The translations under genes were made by a program, and so were the position numbers. From a virus (Duplodnaviria; Caudoviricetes), in the IMG/VR virus record IMGVR_UViG_3300032038_000028, positions 1 to 64,000 of that record: a stretch of DNA of 64,000 bases; one strand, 5' to 3'. The notes beneath the pieces are model-generated. The model was given only the letters and a program-made list of their open reading frames with translations. It was not told the origin of the DNA and did no database searches. This document shows, piece after piece, positions 1-10,900 of this stretch; within the stretch, counting starts at the first letter, position 1, and the number at the start of each line of letters is the position of its first letter.

Positions 1-270
1 CCGACCGCAAGAGATTTTGAGATACACATTTATGTCTGCGTTCACAAGAGCCAGATGAATTTTATTGACGAGAACGGGCGCGGCCAGATCCGCAGAGACC
101 TGATCTGTTCCCGGATCGACGCCCTGCTCAACAACCGGACGGACATGGGTTTTCAGAAAATGAAACCCCAGCGCGGTTACAGGATCATCTTCTCCTCTGA
201 CTTCCGCACCAAGGACATGGTCTACAGGACGAAATGGGGTAATGCCATTGGCGAAGGGCTTGATCGATAG
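1..270 (+). CDS. Partial (5'-truncated) phage structural protein, probably tail completion/terminator-like
   Basis: Frame is open from base 1 (PTARDFEIHIYVCVHK...RRDLICSRIDALLN) to the stop at 270; lies just upstream of the tail tube gene. Confidence 0.5.
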   Translation, partial: PTARDFEIHIYVCVHKSQMNFIDENGRGQIRRDLICSRIDALLNNRTDMGFQKMKPQRGYRIIFSSDFRTKDMVYRTKWGNAIGEGLDR

Positions 271-1021
271 AGTCCCCGTGGAGCCGATTGATTTCGGCGC
301 GGCCTATTTCGGCGCTGACTACAAAGTCAATCCATTGATCACGGTACACCAGCCGACGATCGGGGAGATCATCCAGTACGGGGAAAAATCCTACTGGGGA
401 CTGGTCAACACGGTCACGGTAATTTCATCGGACATGAAGTCCGAGCTGGCAGACGACGGCGTCTACTGGGGCGACGTGCCGGACTTTGAACTGTTCAAGT
501 CCATCATGCACGGGATACCGGTAGAGCGCACGAGGATTCTGTTTGGCGACGTGGATTTCACGAAGATGGGGTGGTACCGGCAGGTTGAAAACGACAGCTA
601 CTGCATGTATGACCCGGACAGCGGCGTAAAGATCGATATCCTGATTTACAGTCATATTTTCAACTACGTGGCCACCATACACGGTATCAAGAAACAGCCG
701 GAGTATGCGGGCAACATGACGACCAGGAGATTCATGGTTGAAGAGGACAGGCTCAACAAGCAGCGTCAGCGGGACAAGGACTATAAGTCGACCCTGATGC
801 CGCTGGCGAGCTTTCTGGCCAACAGCCCCGGCTCAACGCTGGGCGTCAACGACATGAACGATCTGCACATTTTTCCGTTCTTCGATTCGGTCAGGCGTAT
901 CTGCACGATCAACTCGGCCAATCTGCTGTTAAACGGTATCTACGCCGGCAAGGTCAACCCGGACAAGATCCAGAAGAAATATCTGGATGGTCTGCGCGAC
1001 CTGTACGACGGCAAAGCTTAA
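242..1021 (+). CDS. Phage tail-region protein (259 aa), possible tail assembly chaperone
   Basis: Long ORF with genome-typical codon usage, overlapping the upstream gene; function inferred from position only. Confidence 0.55.
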   Translation: MPLAKGLIDRVPVEPIDFGAAYFGADYKVNPLITVHQPTIGEIIQYGEKSYWGLVNTVTVISSDMKSELADDGVYWGDVPDFELFKSIMHGIPVERTRILFGDVDFTKMGWYRQVENDSYCMYDPDSGVKIDILIYSHIFNYVATIHGIKKQPEYAGNMTTRRFMVEEDRLNKQRQRDKDYKSTLMPLASFLANSPGSTLGVNDMNDLHIFPFFDSVRRICTINSANLLLNGIYAGKVNPDKIQKKYLDGLRDLYDGKA

Positions 1022-1037
1022 TCACTTTATCAACAAT

Positions 1038-1062
1038 GGCGGCTCTAAGCGGGGCCGCCTTT
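1038..1062 (+). terminator. Intrinsic terminator-like hairpin
   Basis: GGCGGCTC-TAAGC-GGGGCCGCC followed by TTTT. Confidence 0.55.
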
Positions 1063-1106
1063 TGTATTGTTGAACACACTACAAACAAAGAAAGGATGTA
1101 TGAACT

Positions 1107-1922
1107 ATGGCTTTCGATATTTCTTCTTTCGTCATCGACCGCGCTATCCGCGGCACCATGTTCAAGAAGGGCACCTACGAAATGCTCTGGTCCCTGAATC
1201 AGATCACTGACCCCAGCATCTCCATGACCGCTGACAGCACCGACGCCGTTGACGCCATCGGTGTACCGATCATGACTTTCGAGCGTGCCAAGACCTGCGA
1301 ATTCTCCGGCACCAACGCCCTGTTCGATCTGGGCCTGCTGGCTGCTCAGTCTGGTACCGTGAAGAAGGCTGCTACCGCTCAGGACACCCTGCAGGTTTCC
1401 ATCTGCGAGACCCTCGACTGGGTTACCGGCACCGGCGCTGTGCTCAAGCACATCCCCGTCGGCACCGCTGGCGCTGAAGTTCCCTTCGCGTATGCCCTGA
1501 ATCCCGATGGCACCGTCGGCAAGAAGTACGAAGTCGGCGCCTCTGCCGGCGCTGGCGTGTTCTCCGTGAACGCCGCCACCAAGACCATCACCCCGCCCAC
1601 CGACGTGACCACCAGCTCCAAGGTTCTGGTGTTCTACGACTACATCGCTGACGGCACGGATGGCAACGGCGCTGTGCAGGCCACCGCGGATGCTATCAAC
1701 TTCCCGGATGCCGGCCGCTTCCTGCTGGAAGTTCTGGGCCACGACACCTGCGACATCACCACGAAGTACTACGCCTACGTGGACTTCCCGGCTGCCAAGC
1801 TCAGCTCCGAGTTCGATCTCGACCTGACCACCGACGGCCAGCACCCCTTCACCCTGCGCTGCATGCAGGACTACTGCGACTACGAGAAGAAGCTGTTCAC
1901 CGTCACCATCCCCGAACAGTAA
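1107..1922 (+). CDS. Major tail (tube) protein
   Basis: AAAGGA RBS, strongly biased codon usage typical of highly expressed genes, 271 aa beta-rich sequence (ERAKTCEFSGTNALFDL...FPAAKLSSEFDLDL...HPFTL), flanked by hairpins. Confidence 0.7.
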   Translation: MAFDISSFVIDRAIRGTMFKKGTYEMLWSLNQITDPSISMTADSTDAVDAIGVPIMTFERAKTCEFSGTNALFDLGLLAAQSGTVKKAATAQDTLQVSICETLDWVTGTGAVLKHIPVGTAGAEVPFAYALNPDGTVGKKYEVGASAGAGVFSVNAATKTITPPTDVTTSSKVLVFYDYIADGTDGNGAVQATADAINFPDAGRFLLEVLGHDTCDITTKYYAYVDFPAAKLSSEFDLDLTTDGQHPFTLRCMQDYCDYEKKLFTVTIPEQ

Positions 1923-1935
1923 TCGATAACACAAC

Positions 1936-1963
1936 GGCGGCAGGCCTCGTGAGGTCTGCCGCC
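1936..1963 (+). terminator. Stem-loop after the tail tube gene
   Basis: GGCGGCAGGCCTC-GT-GAGGTCTGCCGCC; no strong U tract. Confidence 0.45.
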
Positions 1964-1987
1964 TGATCATGTACGGAGGATGAAGCG

Positions 1988-2374
1988 ATGCAGGACAATC
2001 ACAAGCCAAATCACAAATGTCTGGCGTGCGGCAAGGAATACTACGCCTGTGACAGCTGTGACAAAAAGATCAACAAGACATGGCGGGCAGCCTGCTGCGC
2101 TGAAGGCCATTATCAGGCGTACTACGCCATGTGGCAGTACGCGCACGGGCAGCTCGACCGGAGCGCGGCCAGAGACATTCTGGCTGCACAGGACGCCCTG
2201 AGCTGGGAGAAGGCTCCCGGACGGGCGCTGATCGAAGAGATCATGAACACCGGTGAAGAAGCCGGTGACGAGGGCGAACCGGAGAAGGAAGTTTCCGAAG
2301 AACCGGAAGGGGAACAGGTGGAGCCCGAAAAAACACCCGCTGTGTCTGCGGGCAAAAAGAAGAGACGCAGATAA
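1988..2374 (+). CDS. Cys-rich (zinc finger-like) phage protein with acidic C-terminus
   Basis: GGAGG RBS; CLAC...CDSC...CC..H motif. Confidence 0.65.
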   Translation: MQDNHKPNHKCLACGKEYYACDSCDKKINKTWRAACCAEGHYQAYYAMWQYAHGQLDRSAARDILAAQDALSWEKAPGRALIEEIMNTGEEAGDEGEPEKEVSEEPEGEQVEPEKTPAVSAGKKKRRR

Positions 2375-2381
2375 AGCAGAA

Positions 2382-2411
2382 AGGAGTGGCTTTTCAACAG
2401 CCACTCTTTTC
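2382..2411 (+). terminator. Intrinsic terminator
   Basis: AGGAGTGGCT-TTTCAAC-AGCCACTCTTTTT. Confidence 0.6.
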
Positions 2412-2504
2412 GCAACTTTCTGGAAACCAAAGCCGAGGTTGTAATGACGGGGGTAGCACCTTCGTCATAGTTAGCAGGCATTTTTCTTTACAAAAGGAGA
2501 CGGC

Positions 2505-3023
2505 ATGAATACAGGAAAGAAATTTGAAAACAACTTCAAGGCGTCCGTCCCCAAAGAATTTTACTATCTGAGACTGCATGACCCGGCAGTCGGGTTTACT
2601 GGGGGCAATTCGTCCTACGCTGTCAGTAACCCCTTTGACTGCCTTATGTATACCGGGCAGAGGTTATACTGTCTGGAGCTGAAGAGCACCAAACAGAGTA
2701 TTACCTACTGGCGGGAAGACTTTGAAACGGACGGCAAAAAGCATACCTTTGAAATCAAGAAGCATCAGATCCAGGGGCTGCAGAAGGCAGCCGCCTTTCC
2801 CAGCATCTTCGCCGGACTGGTGATCAACTTCCGGCAGGCGGGGGAGACGTACTACATCCCGATCGACAGGTTCATCGCATACACGGACGTACTGGACAAG
2901 AAGAGTCTCAACGCAAAGGACGCCGCCGCGATGGGTGGTACTCCTATGGGAGTACGCAAGCTGAAGGTCAATGAGCGATATGACATACGGGGGCTGACGG
3001 AGGTGATGGAGCATGGCGGCTGA
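2505..3023 (+). CDS. RecU-like Holliday junction resolvase
   Basis: N-terminal GKKFE, PFDC...LELKST (PD-(D/E)xK), IKKHQI..L motif, AGLVINFR; AAGGAG RBS. Confidence 0.75.
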   Translation: MNTGKKFENNFKASVPKEFYYLRLHDPAVGFTGGNSSYAVSNPFDCLMYTGQRLYCLELKSTKQSITYWREDFETDGKKHTFEIKKHQIQGLQKAAAFPSIFAGLVINFRQAGETYYIPIDRFIAYTDVLDKKSLNAKDAAAMGGTPMGVRKLKVNERYDIRGLTEVMEHGG

Positions 3024-4554
3024 TAATTACAGCGACGTTGTACAGGCGCTGGCTCAACAGATCGTAGAAGCCTGTATGCAGACGCTGCGGAAGAACATGC
3101 AGGGCATGATCTCCAGCGCCGTAATCAGCGCGGATCAGATTGAGGGCGACGTCTCAAACGTCAATACATCCAATCTGGTGATGAATGTCGACAATATCAC
3201 CGGGCTGAATGACTTTGTGGCAGGGGCCATCCGCAACGCAGACATCGACATCAGCCAGATCGCCACGCTGGGCGAGGACGGCAAGCTATACCTGAATGAC
3301 GTGTATATCAACCGCAGTCAGGTTGACGAGCTGGAAGCCAGGTTTGCTGAGATCTGGACGGCGGACATCTATAACGCGAACATCCAACAGGCTGTTATTG
3401 ACGCACTGCATGCTAACTTCGCTCAGATTGCGGACGCACAGATCGGTCAGGCGAAAATTGATTCGGCGCAGATTACTGACCTTGAGGCAAAGGCGGCGAA
3501 GATCGCGCAGGCAGAGATCGGCGACGCCAAGATCGACTGGGCGCAGATCAAGGCCCTGACAGCGGACGACGTAATCATTCAGAAGGGTCTGGGCGGCAAG
3601 CTGTACATCGCGGACCTCGCCGTGACAGACGCCAACATGGTCAGCCTGACGGTTGGCCAGCTGGTGGTTAAGGGCAAGGAAGGCGGATACTATCAGGTGA
3701 CCGTCGAGGTCGGGCCGGATGGAGTCCCGACACTGCATGCCGAGGAAAGGATCCAGATCGGCAACGATGAGGTCGCCGACCTGTCGATCAACGCAGGGGA
3801 GAAGATCGTCGAGGGCAGTGTGACGGCGAAGACGCTGAACGCGGAGGACATCTTTGTCAACAACGCGATGATCAATAAAATGATCGCCAACAACATCAAC
3901 GTGTCCGAGCTGTTTGCCCGTCAGGCTTTTATCAACGAACTGAACGCTGTGGATATCGTCGGCAACGGATCCCTGCAGCTGGCGCTCAAGCAGCTTTACG
4001 ACGACACGATGAAAGAGGTTTCCATCAGGCTGTCTGACCAGGCGATCATTTCGACAGTAACGGGCAGTACGGAGTTTTCGGACGCAATCAACCAGCGCAC
4101 GAGGCAGACGGTAACGGTCACCTACTGTATCGGTGACAGCGGCACGGAGCCGCCGGGCGACGAAGCGGACTGGCAGAGCACCATCCCGGAAGCGGGCGGC
4201 GGAGACTACCTGTGGACGAAGACCCTGACGGAATACGCCAACGGGGGAGAGCCGTGCACCGTCTATACGGTGACGCAGTTCGGCGTGCGCGGCGCGGACG
4301 TCGTGGTGATCAAGATCACATCAGAATCTGGCATGACGTACCGGGCGGAGGAAGGATCCATGACCCTGACGGCCGACGTATATGCCGGCAGCAGGATGCT
4401 GTCACAGGCGGAGATTTATGCGCTGGGCGGCATTCAGTGGTTCATCGACGGAAGGCGGCTGACGGCGGACAGGCTGGACAACTGGCACCAGATCACGATT
4501 GATCCGGGCGCCATGGGGACGAAGGCCGTGATCTTCGCCAGACTGATGGGGTGA
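3013..4554 (+). CDS. Phage minor tail protein with short I-x-x-A repeats
   Basis: 513 aa; AQIADAQIGQAKIDSAQI repeats, GSVTAKTL, and C-terminal WQSTIP...YLWTKT motif typical of siphovirus tail proteins. Confidence 0.7.
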   Translation: MAADNYSDVVQALAQQIVEACMQTLRKNMQGMISSAVISADQIEGDVSNVNTSNLVMNVDNITGLNDFVAGAIRNADIDISQIATLGEDGKLYLNDVYINRSQVDELEARFAEIWTADIYNANIQQAVIDALHANFAQIADAQIGQAKIDSAQITDLEAKAAKIAQAEIGDAKIDWAQIKALTADDVIIQKGLGGKLYIADLAVTDANMVSLTVGQLVVKGKEGGYYQVTVEVGPDGVPTLHAEERIQIGNDEVADLSINAGEKIVEGSVTAKTLNAEDIFVNNAMINKMIANNINVSELFARQAFINELNAVDIVGNGSLQLALKQLYDDTMKEVSIRLSDQAIISTVTGSTEFSDAINQRTRQTVTVTYCIGDSGTEPPGDEADWQSTIPEAGGGDYLWTKTLTEYANGGEPCTVYTVTQFGVRGADVVVIKITSESGMTYRAEEGSMTLTADVYAGSRMLSQAEIYALGGIQWFIDGRRLTADRLDNWHQITIDPGAMGTKAVIFARLMG

Positions 4555-4558
4555 GATC

Positions 4559-4903
4559 ATGCAGGAAAAAATTGACGGCGTCGTCCAGAATGACGGCATT
4601 ATCAACTTTCTCGGCGGCAGAAACTTTATCGTGAAGAGCGCCGCGCCCGAGTTCGCTGTGGACTCCGGGCGGGAGAAGCCCATCGCGGACGTCGGCCAGG
4701 CGGACTATGCCATCCTGCCGCACGATGATCCCAACGAGCTGCCCTTCGTCATCGACTCGCTGATGACGTTTGAGAACAGGCGCATGTATGATACAGGATT
4801 CTATCCATCACAATTTCTTCCATATCAGTATCTGGCGGAGCAGGAGGATTGCCTGCTGACGAACGGTCTGTCAATGACGGGTCTGTTCAACGCGGAGATC
4901 TGA
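4559..4903 (+). CDS. Hypothetical protein (114 aa)
   Basis: ORF tightly packed in the operon, GGTGA RBS. Confidence 0.55.
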   Translation: MQEKIDGVVQNDGIINFLGGRNFIVKSAAPEFAVDSGREKPIADVGQADYAILPHDDPNELPFVIDSLMTFENRRMYDTGFYPSQFLPYQYLAEQEDCLLTNGLSMTGLFNAEI

Positions 4904-4928
4904 GTGGGATTCATCAGGAGGGTTGCGC

Positions 4929-7900
4929 ATGGCATACCAAAAAACTATATGGAGCCCGGGCGATACGATCTCATCGGCGGCGATGAACAAGATCGAAGAG
5001 GGAATCGCAGGGGTGGAAGCGGAGGTCGCCGAGGCGGGAAACGGGCTGGTATCCTATGCGGACGACCAGGGACTGACCACGGCACAGAAGGCGACTGCCC
5101 GCAGTAATATCGGCGCAGAAGCGGCCGGCGTGGCCGTGAAGTTTACCGAGGCACAGGTATTGACACCGGCGCAGAAAGCGCAGGCACAGGCCAACATCGG
5201 TCTGGAAAATATGGACGACATGGTCAGCGGCCGGGTGCGCTATGACGAGGCGCAGGAGCTGACCGAAGAAGAGAAGGCGCAGGCACAGGCCAACATCGGT
5301 CTGGATGACATCGGGTCGATGGTGACCGGGACAGTCAAGTACAGCGAGGCGCAGGAGTTGAGCCCGGAAGAGAAGGCGCAGGCGCTCGAAAACCTCGGGC
5401 TGGATCAGCTGGACAGTCTGACCGAAGGAACGGTCAAATACAGCGAAGCGCAGACGCTGAACAACACGGAGCGCGGTCAGGCCCGGAGCAACATCGGCGC
5501 AGCGGCGGCCAGTGAGCTGACCGACCTGAGCGGCGTGGTGTCCGAGCTGCAGCTGGCTGTAGACGCGGTCGGCAACGCGGTGACGAACATCACCCGGACG
5601 GAAGATGGCCTGCGCGTGGATTACTCCAGCGGGTCGAGCCAGACGATCGGGATCGATCAGGGGCTGGCCATCGACGCGGTGGAATACGACGCGAACCACT
5701 ATCTGCATTTCTATGACGAGGACGGCAACGACCTGTTCAACCCCGTCTTCATCGAGGGTGGCGGAGGCGGCGGTGCGAGCGGCTACGCGGTGCGCATCAT
5801 CAACGGGCTGACATCTACCACGCTGACCGTGGCGTCGAACCAGCGGACCGTGATCCCGTTCACCTACACGGAATACTACGGCTCCGAGCTGCAGAACCAG
5901 AACGGCCTGCTGACGGTGCAGTACAAGCTGGCGAGCGCGGCCAACTGGATTACCTACATCTCCAACCAGCAGATCCCGGCCAACGTGCAGCAGCGGCTGG
6001 ACGTGACCGACCTGCTGACAGAGGGCAGCGTGACCAACATCCGGCTGATCTGCGCCAACGGGCGGTCGGACGAGGATGCGCAGTCGAAGACCATCCAGTA
6101 CAACATCACGAGCGTGGCGCTGAATATCTCCACGACGTTCAACGCCTCCGCCACCTACACCGGCAACCTGACCATCCCCTACACCTGCACGGGCGCGGGC
6201 GTCAGGAAGACGGTATATCTGTATATTGATGGGGCGGAATATACCCATGTGGACGTCGGCGAGAGCCACAACCAGCAGCTGAGGATTCAGGTCAGGCTGG
6301 CCGGCAGCTACAGCTACGGGGCGCACAGCGCCAGACTGTGGTTTGCGACGCCCGAAGGGGCGACTTCCAACGAAGTACGCTTCCCGATTCTCTACGACAA
6401 TGGGGTCGGCGACGCCCCGATCGTCGGCGCTACCCTGCGGGACGACGTCATCGAAAACGGCGAGACGCTGTACCTGGACTACGTGTGCTATACGCCCGGC
6501 AGAGAGACGACCGAAAGCCTGTCGGTCAGGGTGTATTCATCCAACAACGGGGCGGAGACCAACTATTACGAGGCCTCCTTCAGCGACATCCAGAACAACA
6601 GAATGACCGCACTGCCGATCAGCCGGTATCCAGATCTCGGCACCGGGTACATCGAGCTGAGGAGCGGCACGACCACTTCGACCATCACCTTCACGGTGAC
6701 CGAGGTGCAGACGAGCTATGAGATCAACCCGGTGGAAACCGGCCTCGTCTACAGCTACCGGCCTGCCGGCTACACCAACAGCACCGTCGGACGCGAAGAG
6801 TACGTCTACGAGCTGGAAGACGCGGCGGGCAACGACGTCAACATCTATACCGAGCTGACGGATTTCAACTGGGTCAACGACGGCTACATTGACGGCGAAT
6901 CCCTGACCATCGCAGGGGCGGCCCGCATGAATATTCAGCTGCCGATTCTGACCACGGACTTCATCAACAAGGACAATCAAACCGTCGTACTGGACGCCGC
7001 GAGCGGAGCGACCGTGACGACCAGCGGACGTACGATCGAGTTTGAGTTCGAGCTGGACAACGTGACCAATCAGAACAGCGTAGTCTTCAGCTGCCTGGAC
7101 GCAAACGGGGTCGGCTTTGTGATCACGCCGCAGGTGTGCTATCTGCTGGCTGACGGTCAGGCTCCCGTACTGGACAGCACCGGCTTTATTGAAAACGAAG
7201 AATCTATCCCGTGCGCGTACATCAAGGACGAAAAGCACATCCGGGTATCCTTTGTCATTCAGCCGAAGACCTATACGCAGGACAACCGCTTCACCAGCTA
7301 CGCGAATATCTTCATCAACGGCGAGTACGCCAACAGCTATCTGTACGACGAAACGGCTGTGTACAACGGCACGGCCGGCATCACCATCGGATCGGACGAC
7401 TGCGTGACCAAGCTGTACGACGTCAGGATGTATAACCGCGGGCTGACGCGGGCAGAGGTGCTGCGCAACCACATGAACAGCGACATTGACATCCGCGACA
7501 GGATCATGCAGAACAGGTTCAATGACATCCTGAACAGCAACGGACATGTCGACTACGCAAAGGCCCGGCTCAAGTACCCGTGCTTGCTGTTCATCGGCAA
7601 CCTGTCCAACCACAAGAATGACCGCCAGTACATCGGCACCGTGCTGACCAAGCCGGACGGGGCAGGATCCTATCAGACGGAGTTCTCCATGCTGGACAGG
7701 GATCAGGCCGACCGCTTCGTATCTTCGATCAAGGTACAGGGCACGTCTTCCCAGCGGTTCATGCGCAAGAATTTCAAGGTGTATCTGGTCAGGAACAAAG
7801 CGGACGGCAGCGGGACGGAGAAGGTCAAGTACGTCCTGAAGGGCTACGACAGCAACAACCAGCCGCTGTCCAAGGGCGAGAGCACCCTGTGCTTTAAGAT

Positions 7901-10900
7901 GGACTACATGTCTACCGACCACGCCAACACCTTCAACGCCAACATCGCCGACACCCTGTTCAATGACAAGGAAGCCGGCAGTCTGGTACAGAACACGATC
8001 TGGGGCTTCAGGTGTCTACTGTTCAACATGGCAGCGGAAGATTATGACCCGGACACCCTGTTTGAAGACTATGCCCCGGACGTCATTCAGTTTGCGGGCG
8101 ACGGGTGTCTGAACAACGACAAGAGCAACGTCAGCTCCTTCGGCCTGAAGGACGACGGCGACGACGGGGCGGATACGCTTCAGCAGAAGTGGGAATTCAA
8201 GGACAACTCCAACCCGCTGTGCACGTTCACGACCGACCGGCTGATGGAAAAGATCTATGCGACGGACGGCACCAGCTATAAGCTGCAGGCCAGAAACGGT
8301 CTGGAAAGCTGCTACCCGGACGAAGGCGATCTGGATGACGCCGGCATTGATCCTGACTACAGCCACATTCAGGTACTGTTCTCCTGGGTGTATCAGCGCG
8401 CCAACTTCTGGGATGCTTCAACCCGGAGCGGTACCGGTGGCGTGTACGACGGCCGCAGCTATACGACGGAGCGGGCGCTCAAGCGGGCGATCTTCATTCG
8501 AGAGTTCCCGCGTCACTTCAACATGGAGCACGCGCTGATCTACTACCTGTTCATTGAATGGGTGGCGCTGTGTGATAACCGCGCCAAGAATATGTTCCTG
8601 AGCTGCAAGGACGTGCGGAGCGAATCGCTGGTGTTTACCGACACCTCCACGTCTATCTGGGACTGCGTAACGCCTGATACCGGCGTCGTGGACATCTCGA
8701 AGATCGACTGGGAGAACTCCACCTTCGGCGTCTGGTACACGGATCTGTACGACCTGGACTCCTGCTTCGGAGCGGAGAACAGCGGTTATATCCGCATCCC
8801 GTACTACGCGGACTGGAACTACATCCTGCCGAGAACCGGCACGCATCAGTTCAACGGCTACGACAGCCGGCTCTGGTGCATGTTTGAAGACGCCTTCGCC
8901 GACGAGATCAAGGCCCGGGCAAAGCTGCTGACCAGAAGCAACACCGGCAGCGGGACGCTCAACTACGCTGTGCTTCGGCAGGTGCATATCACCGAAAACG
9001 CTGAGCTGGTGTGCCCGGCCGTGGTCAACGAGGACATGGAGTACAAGTACGAAGACGCATGGACGAAGGGTTACTGGGATTACTCCGTGGACGTGGAGAA
9101 CCCGGTCTGGACGCAGACGAGCGCCTACAAGTATCTGCAGCGCGGCTCGCGTACGGAGCAGAAGGAATCCTTCATCTACCGGCGCTCGGTCATGCTGTAC
9201 TCCAAATACCAGTGCGACCAGTTCCTGAATGACCAGCTGGCCTTCAGGTGCGGTACGCCCGTCGCGATTGCCGACAGCACCATCTCCATGGCCGCCATTC
9301 AGGCCATGTGGCTTGGCGTCACCTACGGCGACAGCGGTTCGCCGCAGATGAGCGACAAGCGGGCTGCCGGGCAGACGGCCTCCATTGTTTCTCCGAACGT
9401 CCTCGGCCGGTCGGACAACATTCACATTCACGGCGCGAGCAACCTGACAGAACTGTCCAGTCTCGCGGCGTTTCACCCGTATGAGATCGGCCTGACCAAC
9501 GCGGGCAAACTGAAAACCCTGCTGATCGGATCCAACGCAGAGGGCTATACCAACGGCGACCTGTCCAGCCTGGACACCAGCGCGTGCGTGCTGCTGGATA
9601 CGCTGAACGTACAGGGCTGCACCGGCTTTACGGACACGCCCATCAACCTGACGGCCAACACGCTGATCAGGGCGGTGTATGCCGGTGGATCAACCGTGCC
9701 CTACTTCATGTTTGCCAACGGCGGCATTCTGGAGACGCTGGAGCTCGGACGGCCCAAGCGCATCGTGGTGCTGAACCAGCCGTACATGACGACATTCAGC
9801 TATGACAGTCTGGATGATCTGGTCATGCTGCGCGTGGAGAACACCCCGAACATGGGCGTGCTGGACATTCTGGCCGAAAAGCTGGCAGACCTGCGCCTTG
9901 GCATCCGTCTGGTTGGGATCGACGAGACCATTACCGGCTCGGACTTCTCTCTGCTCAGAGCGCTGACCAGCAGCGACGCACAGGGGAAACAGCTGAACGC
10001 GGACGGCAACCTGGTCAATGACCCGGAGGCATGGCCTGTGATCACGGGCACCATTCACTGCAACTACGTGGGCGACCGGACGCTGGCACTGCTGGGCGAA
10101 TACTACCCGAACCTTACGATCGACTATACGGACATCACGCCGCAGTACGTGGTGACGTTCGTCAACGAGGACGGCACACAGATTCTCGACAAGAAGGGCA
10201 ACCCGTACATTCAGTACGTGGATCAGGGCGGTACGCCGTATGACCCTGTAGCGGCTGGCGAAGTCTATACGCCGGTCAAGCAGGAAGACCAGCAGTACAC
10301 CTATACCTACAGCGGGTGGGATGACCTGAACAGCGCCGTGCTGGCCAACAAGACCATCAGGGCGCAGTATACAAACGTACCGAAGGTCTACACCGTGCGC
10401 TGGTTTGCCGCCAGAGGCGGAGAGCCGCTGAAGGTGCTGAACAACGTGACTTATGGCACCGAGGTCACCTACAACGCCAACCAGACCGTCTTCCCGACGC
10501 TGGATGACGAAGAGGCCAACCTGATCTACAAGGTCTTCACAGGCTGGGACAAGAGCACCGGCTTTATTACCGGAGACACTGATGTCTATGCCGTATGGGA
10601 CAGAGCTCCCATGATGATGCCAAAGACTGTAGAGCTGAAGGATATGACGCCGGCCCAGATCAGCGGTGTGGTGAAAAACAGACGGGCGGACGAATTCTGG
10701 GAACCCAAGGACTATATTGATATCCCGCTTGGCAAAGACTTCGAGTACAGCAACGTGAGAAGCGAAGTGGTGCTGCAGAACAAATTCTTCGGCGGCACCG
10801 TGGCGGAAGTCGTCAAGACCAACATCAAGTTGTTTGACGCGGACGCCCCGGACTTCACGCTGGCCATCGACTACGAGTTTACGGCCACCACGGCCAACGC

